Part shown: one piece after another, positions 1-9,439 of the stretch
Layout of the letters: every line of letters begins with the position of its first letter
Position numbering within the stretch: position 1 is the stretch's first letter
Source: an uncultured Fibrobacteraceae bacterium
Lineage (GTDB): Bacteria > Fibrobacterota > Chitinivibrionia > Chitinivibrionales > Chitinispirillaceae
DNA length: 32,000 bases
Direction of reading: 5' to 3'
Assembly (NCBI GenBank): GCA_963735155.1
Contig: CAVTJU010000003.1
Location: 1,147,319 to 1,179,318, forward strand
Translations under genes and position numbers: made by a program
The notes under the pieces: model-generated
Database searches by the model: none
What the model was told of the DNA's origin: nothing
The model's input: the letters and a program-made list of their open reading frames with translations, nothing else

Positions 1-8
1 AGTAAATC

Positions 9-3000
9 TTAACGTCCAATTCCTATTAATCCAACATGTCTGGAGTCTTTATACTTCTTAAGGATTTTCGGGTCACCAGAGTAATCGAGAGTAACTACTA
101 CTTTGTAAATACCAGGAGCTACCTTCATTCCTTCAGAATTGGAACCATTCCAGTAGAGATCGATAGAATAGACAGTTGTATTTCCAATTGCTCCCTGTGG
201 AATAGTCGTAAAAATGTTAGGATGCTCTTTTGAGGCAACAAGGTTACCGGCGATATCATGAATCTTTACCTGGCATCGTAAGCGAATCAGATCTTTTTCA
301 TTTCCGTCTGGAAGCACAATCGGGAATGTAATAACAGTGCCTCCATTATCAGTGCGAACCCACGAACGTGCATTCATTTCATGAACGATATTGAAAACCC
401 CCGGACCTGTACGGCGGAATGTCGGTACAGCAGGATTCGGTACAGAGTAGAGCGGCGGATTTTTAGTATTAATAATCAGCACCATAGATTTACGGTTGTT
501 GAGTACAGGAGTATTTCCCGCACCGCCATTGACATCTTTGAGATATGGAATTGAATCCGTCAGGCTGAAGAAATATCTGGATGATATATCAACACCATTG
601 GAAGTAAAAAACTGCAGCTGTGTTCCGTTATAGCTGAGAATATTATTTATACCTATAAGAACACTATCGACACGAACGTATTTGCCTTCCGAATTAAGTT
701 CCCAGACATAGAACATTTTATAAGGTGCATCAGCACTGGTAGGTTTACTTCCATCAATTACTCTTACAACCGGTTCGCTAAATTCGATTGTTATGAGATC
801 TTTTTTGCGGTCTTCGATATCATTGATCTGTTTGGTTACTTTCCAGATTACAGGGCCGGCGCCATCTGTTGTTTTTAAATTGATAATTGATTCTAACTGA
901 AGCGGATTGAAACCTGCATAAGATATGGTAGGTGTCCAGGCCGTCTGAGGAACTTCTGTTACATTTTCCTTTAATACCAGATGCCATATCGTGTCTTTCT
1001 GGCCATGATTACCGCTTATGCTGTCTATTTGGAAAATAGTATTATTGTACTGAATAGTCATTCCCGGGAATAGGAATCCCTGAGGCAGTGTAACACCTTT
1101 ATTAAATATTAAGTCGATCCCATCAAGTAAACCATCTCCATCAGTATCGCGGGTAATTGCTGTCTTTACCTGAGCAAGTGGCCCGGTCAATTTGACAACT
1201 GTTTTGCTTGATATCAACGGGAAGTCATTTGAATTTGCTTTCAATACTCCGGAGGTATTGTCAATAACACCTGAAGCATCATACAGAATTCGGGATACTT
1301 TCAAAGGGTTAATGATTGGTGGAATCGTTGGGTCTGAACTCCAGTTACTTGTTTCAGGACCGCGCCGGTTTCCATATTTATCATATCCAATTGCAACGAC
1401 CATTACATCTTTGTCGTGATAGGTCAGGACCAGAGTATCCAGTACCGCTTTCCCATCTCTTTCTAGTACGATATTATCAAGCTTTCCAGGAAGCACCTCG
1501 AATGGCGGTGTTTCTGCTTTTATGGTTCCTATGTTGACTATGATCTGATGAAGGCTATCAGTATTTTGCGTAGCGTAGAAAAGCCGCAGATCAACAGTAT
1601 CAACGGCATTATGGAAACACTGCTTGTCAGTCAAATTGGACAGGTATACCGTATCTTTTCCATTCAGGATTACAAAAGGTTTTGGTCTTCCTGTTGGATC
1701 AAGAATATCGCTGTATCTAACCTGAGTCATATCAAAACAATATTCTCCGGGTACTTTACCGTCCTGGTTGTAAATTGTCACCACAGCGATAATCGGCTCG
1801 CCTGCGATTCTTTGATCCTTTGGAGTTACTATATCGATAGTCACTCTGGTCGGAGGCCCGATTGTAAACTTAGCGTCTATTGTGTCCGGTTTTGTAACCA
1901 GATCATTTCCCAATGTAACTCTGATCCAACCGGTACCAGTATCGCTTGGTGAGAAAAACCACAGATGTGCTTTTCCGGGAGCTGGCGGCTGGGTTTTCAG
2001 ATTGGTACTGGTTTCCCATTTAGCATCTACATCCTCCCATAAAGCTGTATCAGACCGTAATCCTTGAACCCGGATCGTTGTATCCTGATTGGTATTCATT
2101 GTTAATGAATTTATGACAACGTTCCCGCTGAGAATCCGAAGTGCGGTGTAGTGATAAGGGAGTAGTTTTACTACTGTAGTATCACGAAAACCTATTACAT
2201 CAACCGCGAATACTTTTGCAGTACCTACCATCTGCTTTCGTTCGATAACACCTTCACCTAAATTGACATTGCCTTTTTTAATGGTAATGATCGAATCGTT
2301 GTTTACAACACCCCATTCACTTACATTAGCATAGTTTACGTAATTACCGAGAGAATCTCTTAACACTGCATAAACCGATGTATTGTTCATACTATCAGTT
2401 ACCATGACCGTATCGATCGGATTTGGCTTGTTGGGGCTACTCTTCCAGTTTGGACTGCCTTCAATAACCAGCTGTGCGGGTTTGTTAGGAACAATTTTCA
2501 ATAGAACTGTATCCCGAATGATTGTCTGATTGTATAACAGAGAAGAAATAATGTAGACAGACTGATACGCTTTAACAGGTAAGAATCTTCGTGCGTGACC
2601 GATGGAATCATCCATTTTACCTGTTGAATCAAATCCCGGCATTTCCTGAACAGCCCAGTGAATTTGTTTACTTTTGTTGCTTTCCAGTTCGTATTCAGGC
2701 AACCATACATTTTTATGATCCAGAATCTTTGCAACCACAGGAAATGGAACACCGGCTGAATCGATCAAAGTATCGGTCGGATTTGGATAAGGTGGATTCG
2801 AGCCATCTACCGGTCCTTCTTTACCGTAAAGAACCAGTTTCGATGGTAATCCTGGCAGAACTGTTACATCGATCGTATCAGGAACAGAGCTTCCCATTGA
2901 CAGAATTATCTTTCCATGGCCTGTATCACCTGGTGCAAAATCCCAAAAATTAGATTTCAGTAAATTCATCGTCTTGCCAGTTGAAGTAATATATACCCAA

Positions 3001-6000
3001 TCTCCGCTGACTGATACCCATTGTTGATTATAAGATAACAAGCCTTGTGCTTTGAGAGTGGTATCCTGATCAGATCTCATGGTCAGTTTTTCGATTCTGG
3101 TCGATTCATCTACAACAATTCTCAGTGAATCGTAAGAAAAATCAGAAAGTACAACGTCGACTGTATCTCTTAATAAAGGATTCAGGCGATTTGTTGCAAC
3201 CACTTTAGTCTGGTTAATAGTTCCAATTCTTAGAACCTTTCCCTCACCAACCTGTGGAACACTTTCTTCTGCTTTAACTATTAAGATATCAAGGCTCTTC
3301 CAGTCGGTACTGGTAGAGTGCGATACAAAATTTCCATTTATATCACGCAAAATGGCATAGGCGGTCTTTACCGTATCCTTTTTACCAAAATCAATCGAAC
3401 CCAGGGGTTGATCATCGGTAAGCGCTAAACCGGTTATATTTGGAGTTCCTTCAATTACCAGATGATGTGCCGCTCCCGGAATTACGGTGAATGTGACTTG
3501 TGTTGTGAGCGGATCTTTATCGCCCTCTTTAAACCGTGCTGTAATTGTATATGTATTGTATGCATTCAATGGTGTAAAGGTGTTTATGTATCCATCACGG
3601 GATTTAAGTGAATCCGCAGGTGCAACTCCATTGACTTTGACAATCGTCCATGAAATCAGCTGTTTACTTGTGGCGTCGTTTTCGTATGCCGGTAACCAGA
3701 TTCCATTGCGATCGAATACTTTTGCAACGAGCGGTGTGGGTATTCCCGCAATAATGGTATCAGTTTTTGTTGTAGAATATGGATGTTGGACAAGAGGATT
3801 GCCTACTTCCTTGTATATCGCAATTTTCCCTGGAAGTCCGGGCAGGAAGACAGCGTAAACTGAATCAGGAACCGCTGTACCTCTGGTTACTTTTATCCAG
3901 CCAGTTCCAACTGAATCCGGAATGATAATCCAATTGTTAACCATATCACTGGGCACTTGAGTTTTGGTTTTTAGATTACCGGTGGTACTCCAATTTGCCG
4001 GCACAAGTTCCCAACTCTGGTTATCAGATCGCATACCTTCAACATACAATTTGATCTGTTCATCAGTACGAACGGCAATACTGTCAATGTATTTTGGACC
4101 GTTATCAAGCAGATAAATTCTTAATTTTGTGTAGTTGATATTTTGGACTTCAACGGGAACTGTATCCTGGAAGTTCTTAACGGTATCGATCGCGACCATC
4201 TTTGAACTTCCCACTGTAGAGTTCCTAAGTGCAACTCCTTCACCTAAATTAATCAATCCTTTGTCAGCTTTAAAGACCGATGTGTCAAGGCTGAGCCATT
4301 TGGTTGCTTTTGAATAGTCTACGAAATTTCCAAACCGGTCGCGAAGTATGGCATAATCATACCCTAATGTCTGGTCTGACCGTATAACCAGCGCAGACAG
4401 AGGATCGTCATTTATTGAATCTTTAATCTGCGCAGATTCCTCAATTACCAAATGATGCGCCGCGTCTGGCTTGATGTAGAGATACATTGAATCGGATAAA
4501 TTGTTTAATGTCGCTTTTACAAGCACAAGCCGGTAGGCACGAGTAGAGGAAAATGTCGTAGAATAACCGGTTAAAGCTGACAGTGTTACTTCATTGACAG
4601 GAGTAACTGACCATTTTATCTGCTGTGAAAGTGTATAATCAGACTCGTATTCTGAGAGCCATTTTGAATATGAATCGAAAAGTTTTGCATATAATTTTGT
4701 GTAAACAGCCCCGGCTGTAACAGTATCTGAAACAATTGGCGGTTGCGGGTGAGAAGCTGTTGTACCTGGATTGCCTTTTATCGGATAGAGCACAAGAGAT
4801 ATTGGAACTCCGGTAGTAAAAACAACTGGAATTGAAGCGCTTGGGCTTGTGCCTGTCAATCTAACTGAAATGGTACCATGCCCAGTATCGACAGGAGAAA
4901 AACGCCAGGCATTCTGCCCTGATGGAGGTGTGGGATTGGTCCGTAAATTGATTGAGATGTTCCAGTTTCCCGGTACATCCACCCAGCCACCAGAACCTGG
5001 AGGACCAATGCGGTCGGTACGTAATCCCTGGACATAGAGCGTTGTCGTATCTGATGTTCGCATGGTAAGAGAGTAGATTCTTTCGAGTCTTCCCTGGGCA
5101 ATATTGAACTGCATTATTCGTAAAGAATCATAAGTCGTATTCTCTATTGTAACTTTTACCGTATCCATGAATGTGGTGGGTAGATCTACTGCTCTAAAAT
5201 AGGTAATACCGGGATTACCTCGTTTTGTGACAATACCCTCACCAATAGCAGCGGTTCCATTTCTTACAGTAATCAAACCATACGGGGTCAAAGTATCCCA
5301 TCTGGTTACAGTTGAGAATGAGACCCGATTTGTAAACCTGTCACGCAAAACCGCGAACCCACGGGCTTCAGTTTGTGCCGGTCCTATTGTAATTGAGCTG
5401 TTTCCTCCAATTGGATTATCTCCGAAATCGGGAGGTGTTGAGGAGCCTTCAATTACCAGATGGTGCGCTGGACCAGGGCGAACCCAGATACGGGCGGTAT
5501 CCCGGATTATCGCTCCTTTATTATTATACTCTGCGTAAATAGTAACATAACGATACGCCTGTTCAGCAGTATATCTCACTGTTTCACCGTAGTTATTGCC
5601 TACAAATCGGTCACCAGGTCGGAGTGAAATGAAGTCCCAGGTAATTCTTGAGGTGACAGTAGGATCTTTAATAGTATCACCTTTTTGATCGATGATAAAT
5701 GCTTTGAGGCTGTCAATATCACCAGCTGTAATTGTATCATCCTCTGTTTGAATAATCAGTGATGTAGGTACAGAGAGTGTGTGAGCAAGAGATGCAAACA
5801 TTATAGCGTCATAGACAATCTGCTGCGAAGCTACTGAATTTGCGAGGAACTGTGGTTGGAAAGAAACCGCAACACCGCGACGAATAGTTGGTCCGCGTAC
5901 CGGATCCTGAACAGTATCCTGAATCGCCACAAGCACGTTAAGATCTTGGTCGCCGCCACGAGCTGGTTGTGCCTGTCCATTCAGAAATCCCTGCTGGTAT

Positions 6001-6749
6001 CCCAGCATTGTTAACCAATCTGGTCTTGTTACCGTATAACGATCCGCATCTGCCTGGCATCTTCCTTTATTGCGAGGCAAAAACTGCATTACTTCTCTGC
6101 CGCTTAATATTCTATCAACAGTATTGGAAATAATCCCATTCGCTCCTGGATATTCCAGATTTCCACTTCTATCATATACTTTAAGCCGGTTATCATTTGA
6201 TCGTTGCAATCCTATCCAGAGTGAATCGATAGTGAGAGCATCTCCTAAAGGAGGGGGCACATTATTAACATTATTGAATCCGAATGTTTCATTTGCTAAA
6301 TTTGCTGCATCATCGCCAACAGAAACGACGCCTATTTTTCGACGTACTGCTTCCTTGAGAGTATTTTCTAGATCGCCTTCATTCCATCCATTTGACCAAC
6401 CAGCATTCACATGGACAATTACATGCGGAAGCCGGCTTGCTCCCCACAGATTTTCAACCTCTGACCAGGAAACCTTATCTGATGTAGTATTAAGGAGAAC
6501 TCTTATGTTAGGAACTTGAGAAATATCAAGTGCTTTTAAAACGAAATCCCGTGTTTTTTGCCCAACTGGTTGATGCAAGCTTGCATTACTGCAATCGTAT
6601 CCCTCAGGATTATTCCAGATGATAGCAATGCGTACAGTATCTTCGTATTGGTGATTGACTCTGTAAGGAGCTTGTCCAAGAGCGGAAATACTCACAAATA
6701 AGACTGTGAGAAAGCTCAACCACAAATAGTGACTTCGTTTTTGCATCAT
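9..6749 (-). CDS. Giant (~2,246 aa) secreted modular surface/adhesin-like protein. Signal peptide, unrecognised ~330-aa N-terminal domain, tandem ~330-aa Ig-like-rich modules, DxDxDG Ca-binding-like motif, C-terminal FlgD-Ig / T9SS-CTD-like beta-sandwich.
   Basis: Uninterrupted ORF 9..6821. I prefer the ATG at 6749 (MMQKRSHYLWLSFLTVLFVSISALGQA is signal-peptide-like), which has GGGAG about 7 nt upstream. Recurrent module motifs: PGxAHHLVIEG, YAxLRDxxGNxV, GEG, LRI, QGLRSD, DTGxGxI. Also TRDTDGDGLLDGIDL. The C-terminus (VKIHDIAGNLVAS...LYWNGSNSEGMKVAPGIYKVVV) resembles FlgD-Ig-type tails. Confidence 0.85.
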   Translation of the reverse strand: MMQKRSHYLWLSFLTVLFVSISALGQAPYRVNHQYEDTVRIAIIWNNPEGYDCSNASLHQPVGQKTRDFVLKALDISQVPNIRVLLNTTSDKVSWSEVENLWGASRLPHVIVHVNAGWSNGWNEGDLENTLKEAVRRKIGVVSVGDDAANLANETFGFNNVNNVPPPLGDALTIDSLWIGLQRSNDNRLKVYDRSGNLEYPGANGIISNTVDRILSGREVMQFLPRNKGRCQADADRYTVTRPDWLTMLGYQQGFLNGQAQPARGGDQDLNVLVAIQDTVQDPVRGPTIRRGVAVSFQPQFLANSVASQQIVYDAIMFASLAHTLSVPTSLIIQTEDDTITAGDIDSLKAFIIDQKGDTIKDPTVTSRITWDFISLRPGDRFVGNNYGETVRYTAEQAYRYVTIYAEYNNKGAIIRDTARIWVRPGPAHHLVIEGSSTPPDFGDNPIGGNSSITIGPAQTEARGFAVLRDRFTNRVSFSTVTRWDTLTPYGLITVRNGTAAIGEGIVTKRGNPGITYFRAVDLPTTFMDTVKVTIENTTYDSLRIMQFNIAQGRLERIYSLTMRTSDTTTLYVQGLRTDRIGPPGSGGWVDVPGNWNISINLRTNPTPPSGQNAWRFSPVDTGHGTISVRLTGTSPSASIPVVFTTGVPISLVLYPIKGNPGTTASHPQPPIVSDTVTAGAVYTKLYAKLFDSYSKWLSEYESDYTLSQQIKWSVTPVNEVTLSALTGYSTTFSSTRAYRLVLVKATLNNLSDSMYLYIKPDAAHHLVIEESAQIKDSINDDPLSALVIRSDQTLGYDYAILRDRFGNFVDYSKATKWLSLDTSVFKADKGLINLGEGVALRNSTVGSSKMVAIDTVKNFQDTVPVEVQNINYTKLRIYLLDNGPKYIDSIAVRTDEQIKLYVEGMRSDNQSWELVPANWSTTGNLKTKTQVPSDMVNNWIIIPDSVGTGWIKVTRGTAVPDSVYAVFLPGLPGKIAIYKEVGNPLVQHPYSTTKTDTIIAGIPTPLVAKVFDRNGIWLPAYENDATSKQLISWTIVKVNGVAPADSLKSRDGYINTFTPLNAYNTYTITARFKEGDKDPLTTQVTFTVIPGAAHHLVIEGTPNITGLALTDDQPLGSIDFGKKDTVKTAYAILRDINGNFVSHSTSTDWKSLDILIVKAEESVPQVGEGKVLRIGTINQTKVVATNRLNPLLRDTVDVVLSDFSYDSLRIVVDESTRIEKLTMRSDQDTTLKAQGLLSYNQQWVSVSGDWVYITSTGKTMNLLKSNFWDFAPGDTGHGKIILSMGSSVPDTIDVTVLPGLPSKLVLYGKEGPVDGSNPPYPNPTDTLIDSAGVPFPVVAKILDHKNVWLPEYELESNKSKQIHWAVQEMPGFDSTGKMDDSIGHARRFLPVKAYQSVYIISSLLYNQTIIRDTVLLKIVPNKPAQLVIEGSPNWKSSPNKPNPIDTVMVTDSMNNTSVYAVLRDSLGNYVNYANVSEWGVVNNDSIITIKKGNVNLGEGVIERKQMVGTAKVFAVDVIGFRDTTVVKLLPYHYTALRILSGNVVINSLTMNTNQDTTIRVQGLRSDTALWEDVDAKWETSTNLKTQPPAPGKAHLWFFSPSDTGTGWIRVTLGNDLVTKPDTIDAKFTIGPPTRVTIDIVTPKDQRIAGEPIIAVVTIYNQDGKVPGEYCFDMTQVRYSDILDPTGRPKPFVILNGKDTVYLSNLTDKQCFHNAVDTVDLRLFYATQNTDSLHQIIVNIGTIKAETPPFEVLPGKLDNIVLERDGKAVLDTLVLTYHDKDVMVVAIGYDKYGNRRGPETSNWSSDPTIPPIINPLKVSRILYDASGVIDNTSGVLKANSNDFPLISSKTVVKLTGPLAQVKTAITRDTDGDGLLDGIDLIFNKGVTLPQGFLFPGMTIQYNNTIFQIDSISGNHGQKDTIWHLVLKENVTEVPQTAWTPTISYAGFNPLQLESIINLKTTDGAGPVIWKVTKQINDIEDRKKDLITIEFSEPVVRVIDGSKPTSADAPYKMFYVWELNSEGKYVRVDSVLIGINNILSYNGTQLQFFTSNGVDISSRYFFSLTDSIPYLKDVNGGAGNTPVLNNRKSMVLIINTKNPPLYSVPNPAVPTFRRTGPGVFNIVHEMNARSWVRTDNGGTVITFPIVLPDGNEKDLIRLRCQVKIHDIAGNLVASKEHPNIFTTIPQGAIGNTTVYSIDLYWNGSNSEGMKVAPGIYKVVVTLDYSGDPKILKKYKDSRHVGLIGIGR
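1459..5468 (-). repeat. Intragenic tandem coding modules of ~1 kb each: 4 full copies plus a degenerate fifth start.
   Basis: The module-start motif AHHLVIE is encoded at 5468..5448, 4460..4440 and 3470..3450. AQLVIE is at 2477..2460 and the degenerate PGKLDNIVLE at ~1492..1459. Spacing is 1008, 990 and 993 bp. The nucleotide string tcaattaccaRatgRtg recurs at the first three boundaries. Confidence 0.8.
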
Positions 6750-6807
6750 AAAATTCTCCCTTAATGATCGAATCTGTTTTTTGATCATTTTATAATCTAA
6801 GTATACA

Positions 6808-6815
6808 ATTATACA
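6808..6815 (-). promoter_or_regulatory. Candidate extended -10 (TGTATAAT) for the giant gene, inside a tandem TATACAAT x2.
   Basis: The minus strand reads ATTGTATAATTGTATAC, giving TGnTATAAT about 55-65 nt upstream of ATG 6749. I saw no convincing -35. Confidence 0.3.
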
Positions 6816-7183
6816 ATCCAAATAATATATAACTGAGAACAGAAATAGTAACCAGTTGGATAATAAAAATCAATATTTTAAATACATAAAAATTGGATTA
6901 GAACTTGAATTTCAGCCAGCTTTGAATTCATCATAATTACTCCTTCATGTTGGGTTATTCCATAGTAATTATTTAGTACTATGCAATATAAATAAGGTAA
7001 ACTTAATAAGGTATTTAATTCAATCAACTTAACATGTGTCCTTAACAAGAATGGAAAATGCAGAGTTGTGAAGTAATTTTTTTGGGGAAAAACAGGGGCG
7101 AGATTCTTAATTGATGGCTATGCGGTTTATAATTTCAGTGCAGGCCCGACAAATCTTCGATCGCAGGTTTGATGATGAAAAAC

Positions 7184-7456
7184 CATGCAGAAATCACAAA
7201 CTCCCATGCAGAAATCACAAATCCCCATGCAGAAATCACAAACTCCCATGCAGAAATCACAAACTCCCATGCAGAAATCACAAACTCCCGTGCAGAAATC
7301 ATCGCAACCTGCGCAGATATAACACAACCTCATACAGAAATCGTGGAAACTCACAATGAATTCGCAAAACCTCATATATCAACAGATAAATTCCCTTTCA
7401 GAAATAACGTACTCCCATGCAGAAATAACGTACTCCCATGCAGAAATCATGAATGC
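7184..7456. repeat. Tandem array A: 13 units of 21 bp, core GCAGAAATC on the + strand.
   Basis: Five near-identical units CATGCAGAAATCACAAACTCC (7184-7288), five degenerate units (7289-7393), and three of a second subfamily CCATGCAGAAATAACGTACTC (7394-7456). Strict 21-bp register, no spacers. Confidence 0.95.
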
Positions 7457-7470
7457 TCAGGGAATTTATA

Positions 7471-7743
7471 ATTTCTGCTCGGTTATCAGCAATTTCTGAT
7501 AGGGTACCAGCAATTTCTGATAGGGTACCAGCGATTTCTGATAGGGTACCAGCGATTTCTGATAGGGTACCAGCGATTTCTGATAGGGTACCAGCGATTT
7601 CTGATAGGGTACCAGCGATTTCTGATAGGGTATCAATGATTTCTGATAGGGTATCAATGATTTCTGGTAGGGTATCAATGATTTCTGGTAGGGTATCAAT
7701 GATTTCTGGTAGGGTATCAATGATTTCTGGGTGTGTCCAGAAT
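7471..7743. repeat. Tandem array B: 13 units of 21 bp, core ATTTCTG (reverse complement of CAGAAAT), inverted relative to array A.
   Basis: Unit B0 is divergent (7471-7491). Six units ATTTCTGATAGGGTACCAGC[A/G] (7492-7617), two ATTTCTGATAGGGTATCAATG (7618-7659), three ATTTCTGGTAGGGTATCAATG (7660-7722) and one degenerate unit (7723-7743). Confidence 0.95.
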
Positions 7744-7829
7744 TAACATGCGCGCTTCCTAAGTCCCTTTCGGGGAATTTTAGGTGGCGATAAATTTCAT
7801 GTAATACATCTATTTTGAATAAACACTAA

Positions 7830-8483
7830 TTACTTAGCATGTTTGATATCTTTCGCGTTCGCGTGGAAAATAACATCTTCTGAGATATTTGTAGAAAGGT
7901 CCGCTATGCGTTCAAGATTTTTACTTACTCTCAGGAGCTCCAGCGCACCTTCAACTGATGCTGCATTTTTTTTCACCATATTAATAACTTCACGAGTAAT
8001 CGATTTATTTAAATTGTCAACCTGATCATCCTGCTCAAGTACTTTTAAAGCTAATTGTGTATCTAATTTAACAATGCTGTTTATTGAATCTGAAAGCATA
8101 TTGATAGTGCATGATGCCATTAGTTCAATGTCATGACCAACCATAGGCTGTTGTAAGTTATTACAATTTATCGCTGATTGAGCAATATTTACCGCATGAT
8201 CTCCGATCCGCTCCAGATCCTTGTTGATTTTCTGAATTGAAAAGAGGAATCTGAGATCACTTGCAACCGGGGCTTTCAATGCCAGACATTCAAAAACTTC
8301 CTTGTCAATTTTGATCTCCATGGAATTTATTTCGCTGTCTTTGTAAATGACTGAATGGGCTAACTCGATATTCAATTTAAGAAATGCCTCATTTGCATTT
8401 CGCACCGATTCTTCAACAAGAGTAGCCATTTCTATAATCATTGTTCTTATGTGGTCGATTTCTTTCCCTAACTGCAAGATCAT
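7830..8483 (-). CDS. phoU: Phosphate signalling complex protein PhoU
   Basis: 217 aa with the two PhoU repeats (DLERIGDHAVNIAQ and NLERIADLSTNISED). GGAGGG SD before ATG 8483. Last gene of the pst cluster. Confidence 0.9.
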   Translation of the reverse strand: MILQLGKEIDHIRTMIIEMATLVEESVRNANEAFLKLNIELAHSVIYKDSEINSMEIKIDKEVFECLALKAPVASDLRFLFSIQKINKDLERIGDHAVNIAQSAINCNNLQQPMVGHDIELMASCTINMLSDSINSIVKLDTQLALKVLEQDDQVDNLNKSITREVINMVKKNAASVEGALELLRVSKNLERIADLSTNISEDVIFHANAKDIKHAK

Positions 8484-8663
8484 CTTTTCCCTCCACTATA
8501 TCATTTTTGAGTATATCATTTTCGAGCATTTAATTTTCTACTGATAATATTGAAACCTATACAACCCGTTTTACATCGCTCTACGCAAGGTGCTCCTTTG
8601 GTAATCTCAAATGAACATAATTATAAGAACCAGATATCGAATTTTCAATCAGGTATACTGTTG

Positions 8664-9437
8664 TTATCCGAACCGCCCGGTTACATAATCTTCCGTTTGT
8701 TTGATTTTCGGAGAAGTAAAAATTGCGTTTGTCGCATCAACTTCGATTAATTTTCCCATATAGAAAAAAGCGGTATAATCACTGATCCGGGCAGCCTGCT
8801 GCATATTATGGGTAACAATGACAATAGTGTAAGTTTTTTTTAACTCATCTATAAGTTCTTCAATTTTGAATGTTGATACAGGATCAAGAGCGCTTGCAGG
8901 TTCATCCATTAATAATACTTCAGGTTTTACAGCAAGTGCGCGGGCGATGCAGAGACGCTGCTGCTGACCACCGGAAAGAGCTAATGCGCTTTTGCCAAGG
9001 ACATCTTTTACCTCTTCCCATAAGGCTGCCCCGCGCAAGCAGCTTTCTACAATAGTATCAAGGTCCGCTTTAGAAGAGATTCCCTGGAGACGCGGACCAT
9101 ACGCAACATTCTCATAAATAGTTTTAGGAAATGGATTTGACTTCTGAAAAATCATACCTACACGTTTGCGCAATGAGACTACATCGATATTTTTACTATA
9201 GATATTTATATTATCAAGCTTTATCGATCCATCCACTTTTGTACCAGGAATTGTATCGTTCATTCTGTTAAGTGTCCGAAGAAAGGTGGACTTTCCGCAT
9301 CCGGAAGGCCCAATAAGCGCAGTTACTGATTTGTCAGGTATATTGAGTGAAATGTTGAAGAGCGCTTGTGAACGGCCGTAGAAAAAATTAACATTATCGC
9401 ATTTGATTTTGAATCGTATATTTTCTTTCTGTGTCAT
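8664..9437 (-). CDS. pstB: Phosphate ABC transporter ATP-binding protein PstB
   Basis: Walker [13 protein letters not shown] signature LSGGQQQR, Walker [12 protein letters not shown], and a typical PstB C-terminus ([10 protein letters not shown]). Confidence 0.95.
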   Translation of the reverse strand: MTQKENIRFKIKCDNVNFFYGRSQALFNISLNIPDKSVTALIGPSGCGKSTFLRTLNRMNDTIPGTKVDGSIKLDNINIYSKNIDVVSLRKRVGMIFQKSNPFPKTIYENVAYGPRLQGISSKADLDTIVESCLRGAALWEEVKDVLGKSALALSGGQQQRLCIARALAVKPEVLLMDEPASALDPVSTFKIEELIDELKKTYTIVIVTHNMQQAARISDYTAFFYMGKLIEVDATNAIFTSPKIKQTEDYVTGRFG

Positions 9438-9439
9438 AA

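Noticed and set aside
36-6519. Plus-strand ORFs (60-149 aa) inside the giant gene, for example 1548..1952, 2591..2953, 3487..3858 and 6070..6519
   Set aside because: They are antisense shadow ORFs within a continuous 6.7-kb minus-strand CDS, with low-complexity translations and no start-site signals.
6750-6821. N-terminal extensions given by the ORF track (giant gene to 6821, porin to 16451, pstC to 14140, toxin to 21015, SDR to 30968, GT4 to 29305)
   Set aside because: The downstream starts give canonical N-termini (signal peptides, the TGASSGIG spacing, MKSLKIAML). In the giant and porin genes they have AAGGAG/GGGAG sites at the right distance. The extensions overlap upstream genes or regulatory repeats.
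7184-7743. CRISPR array interpretation of the 21-bp periodic region
   Set aside because: The units are contiguous with no unique spacers, the period is only 21 bp, the two halves are in opposite orientation, and there are no cas genes in the window.
7111-7746. Track ORFs 7111..7359(+), 7169..7471(+), 7453..7746(+), 7127..7375(-) and 7466..7720(-) as heptad-repeat proteins (HAEITNS and ISDRVPA repeats)
   Set aside because: For both repeat units, 5 of 6 frames lack stop codons purely because of unit composition, so long ORFs are expected on both strands. The ORFs mutually overlap. None has a convincing SD like the AAGGAG sites used by the real genes here. This is not fully excluded and is listed as a refutation test.
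7758-7786. Hairpin CCTAAGTCCC-TTTC-GGGGAATTTTAGG as the phoU rho-independent terminator
   Set aside because: The stem is imperfect with bulges, and on the minus strand no T-tract follows it. It may still be a structural element separating phoU from array B, but it is not supportable as a classical terminator.
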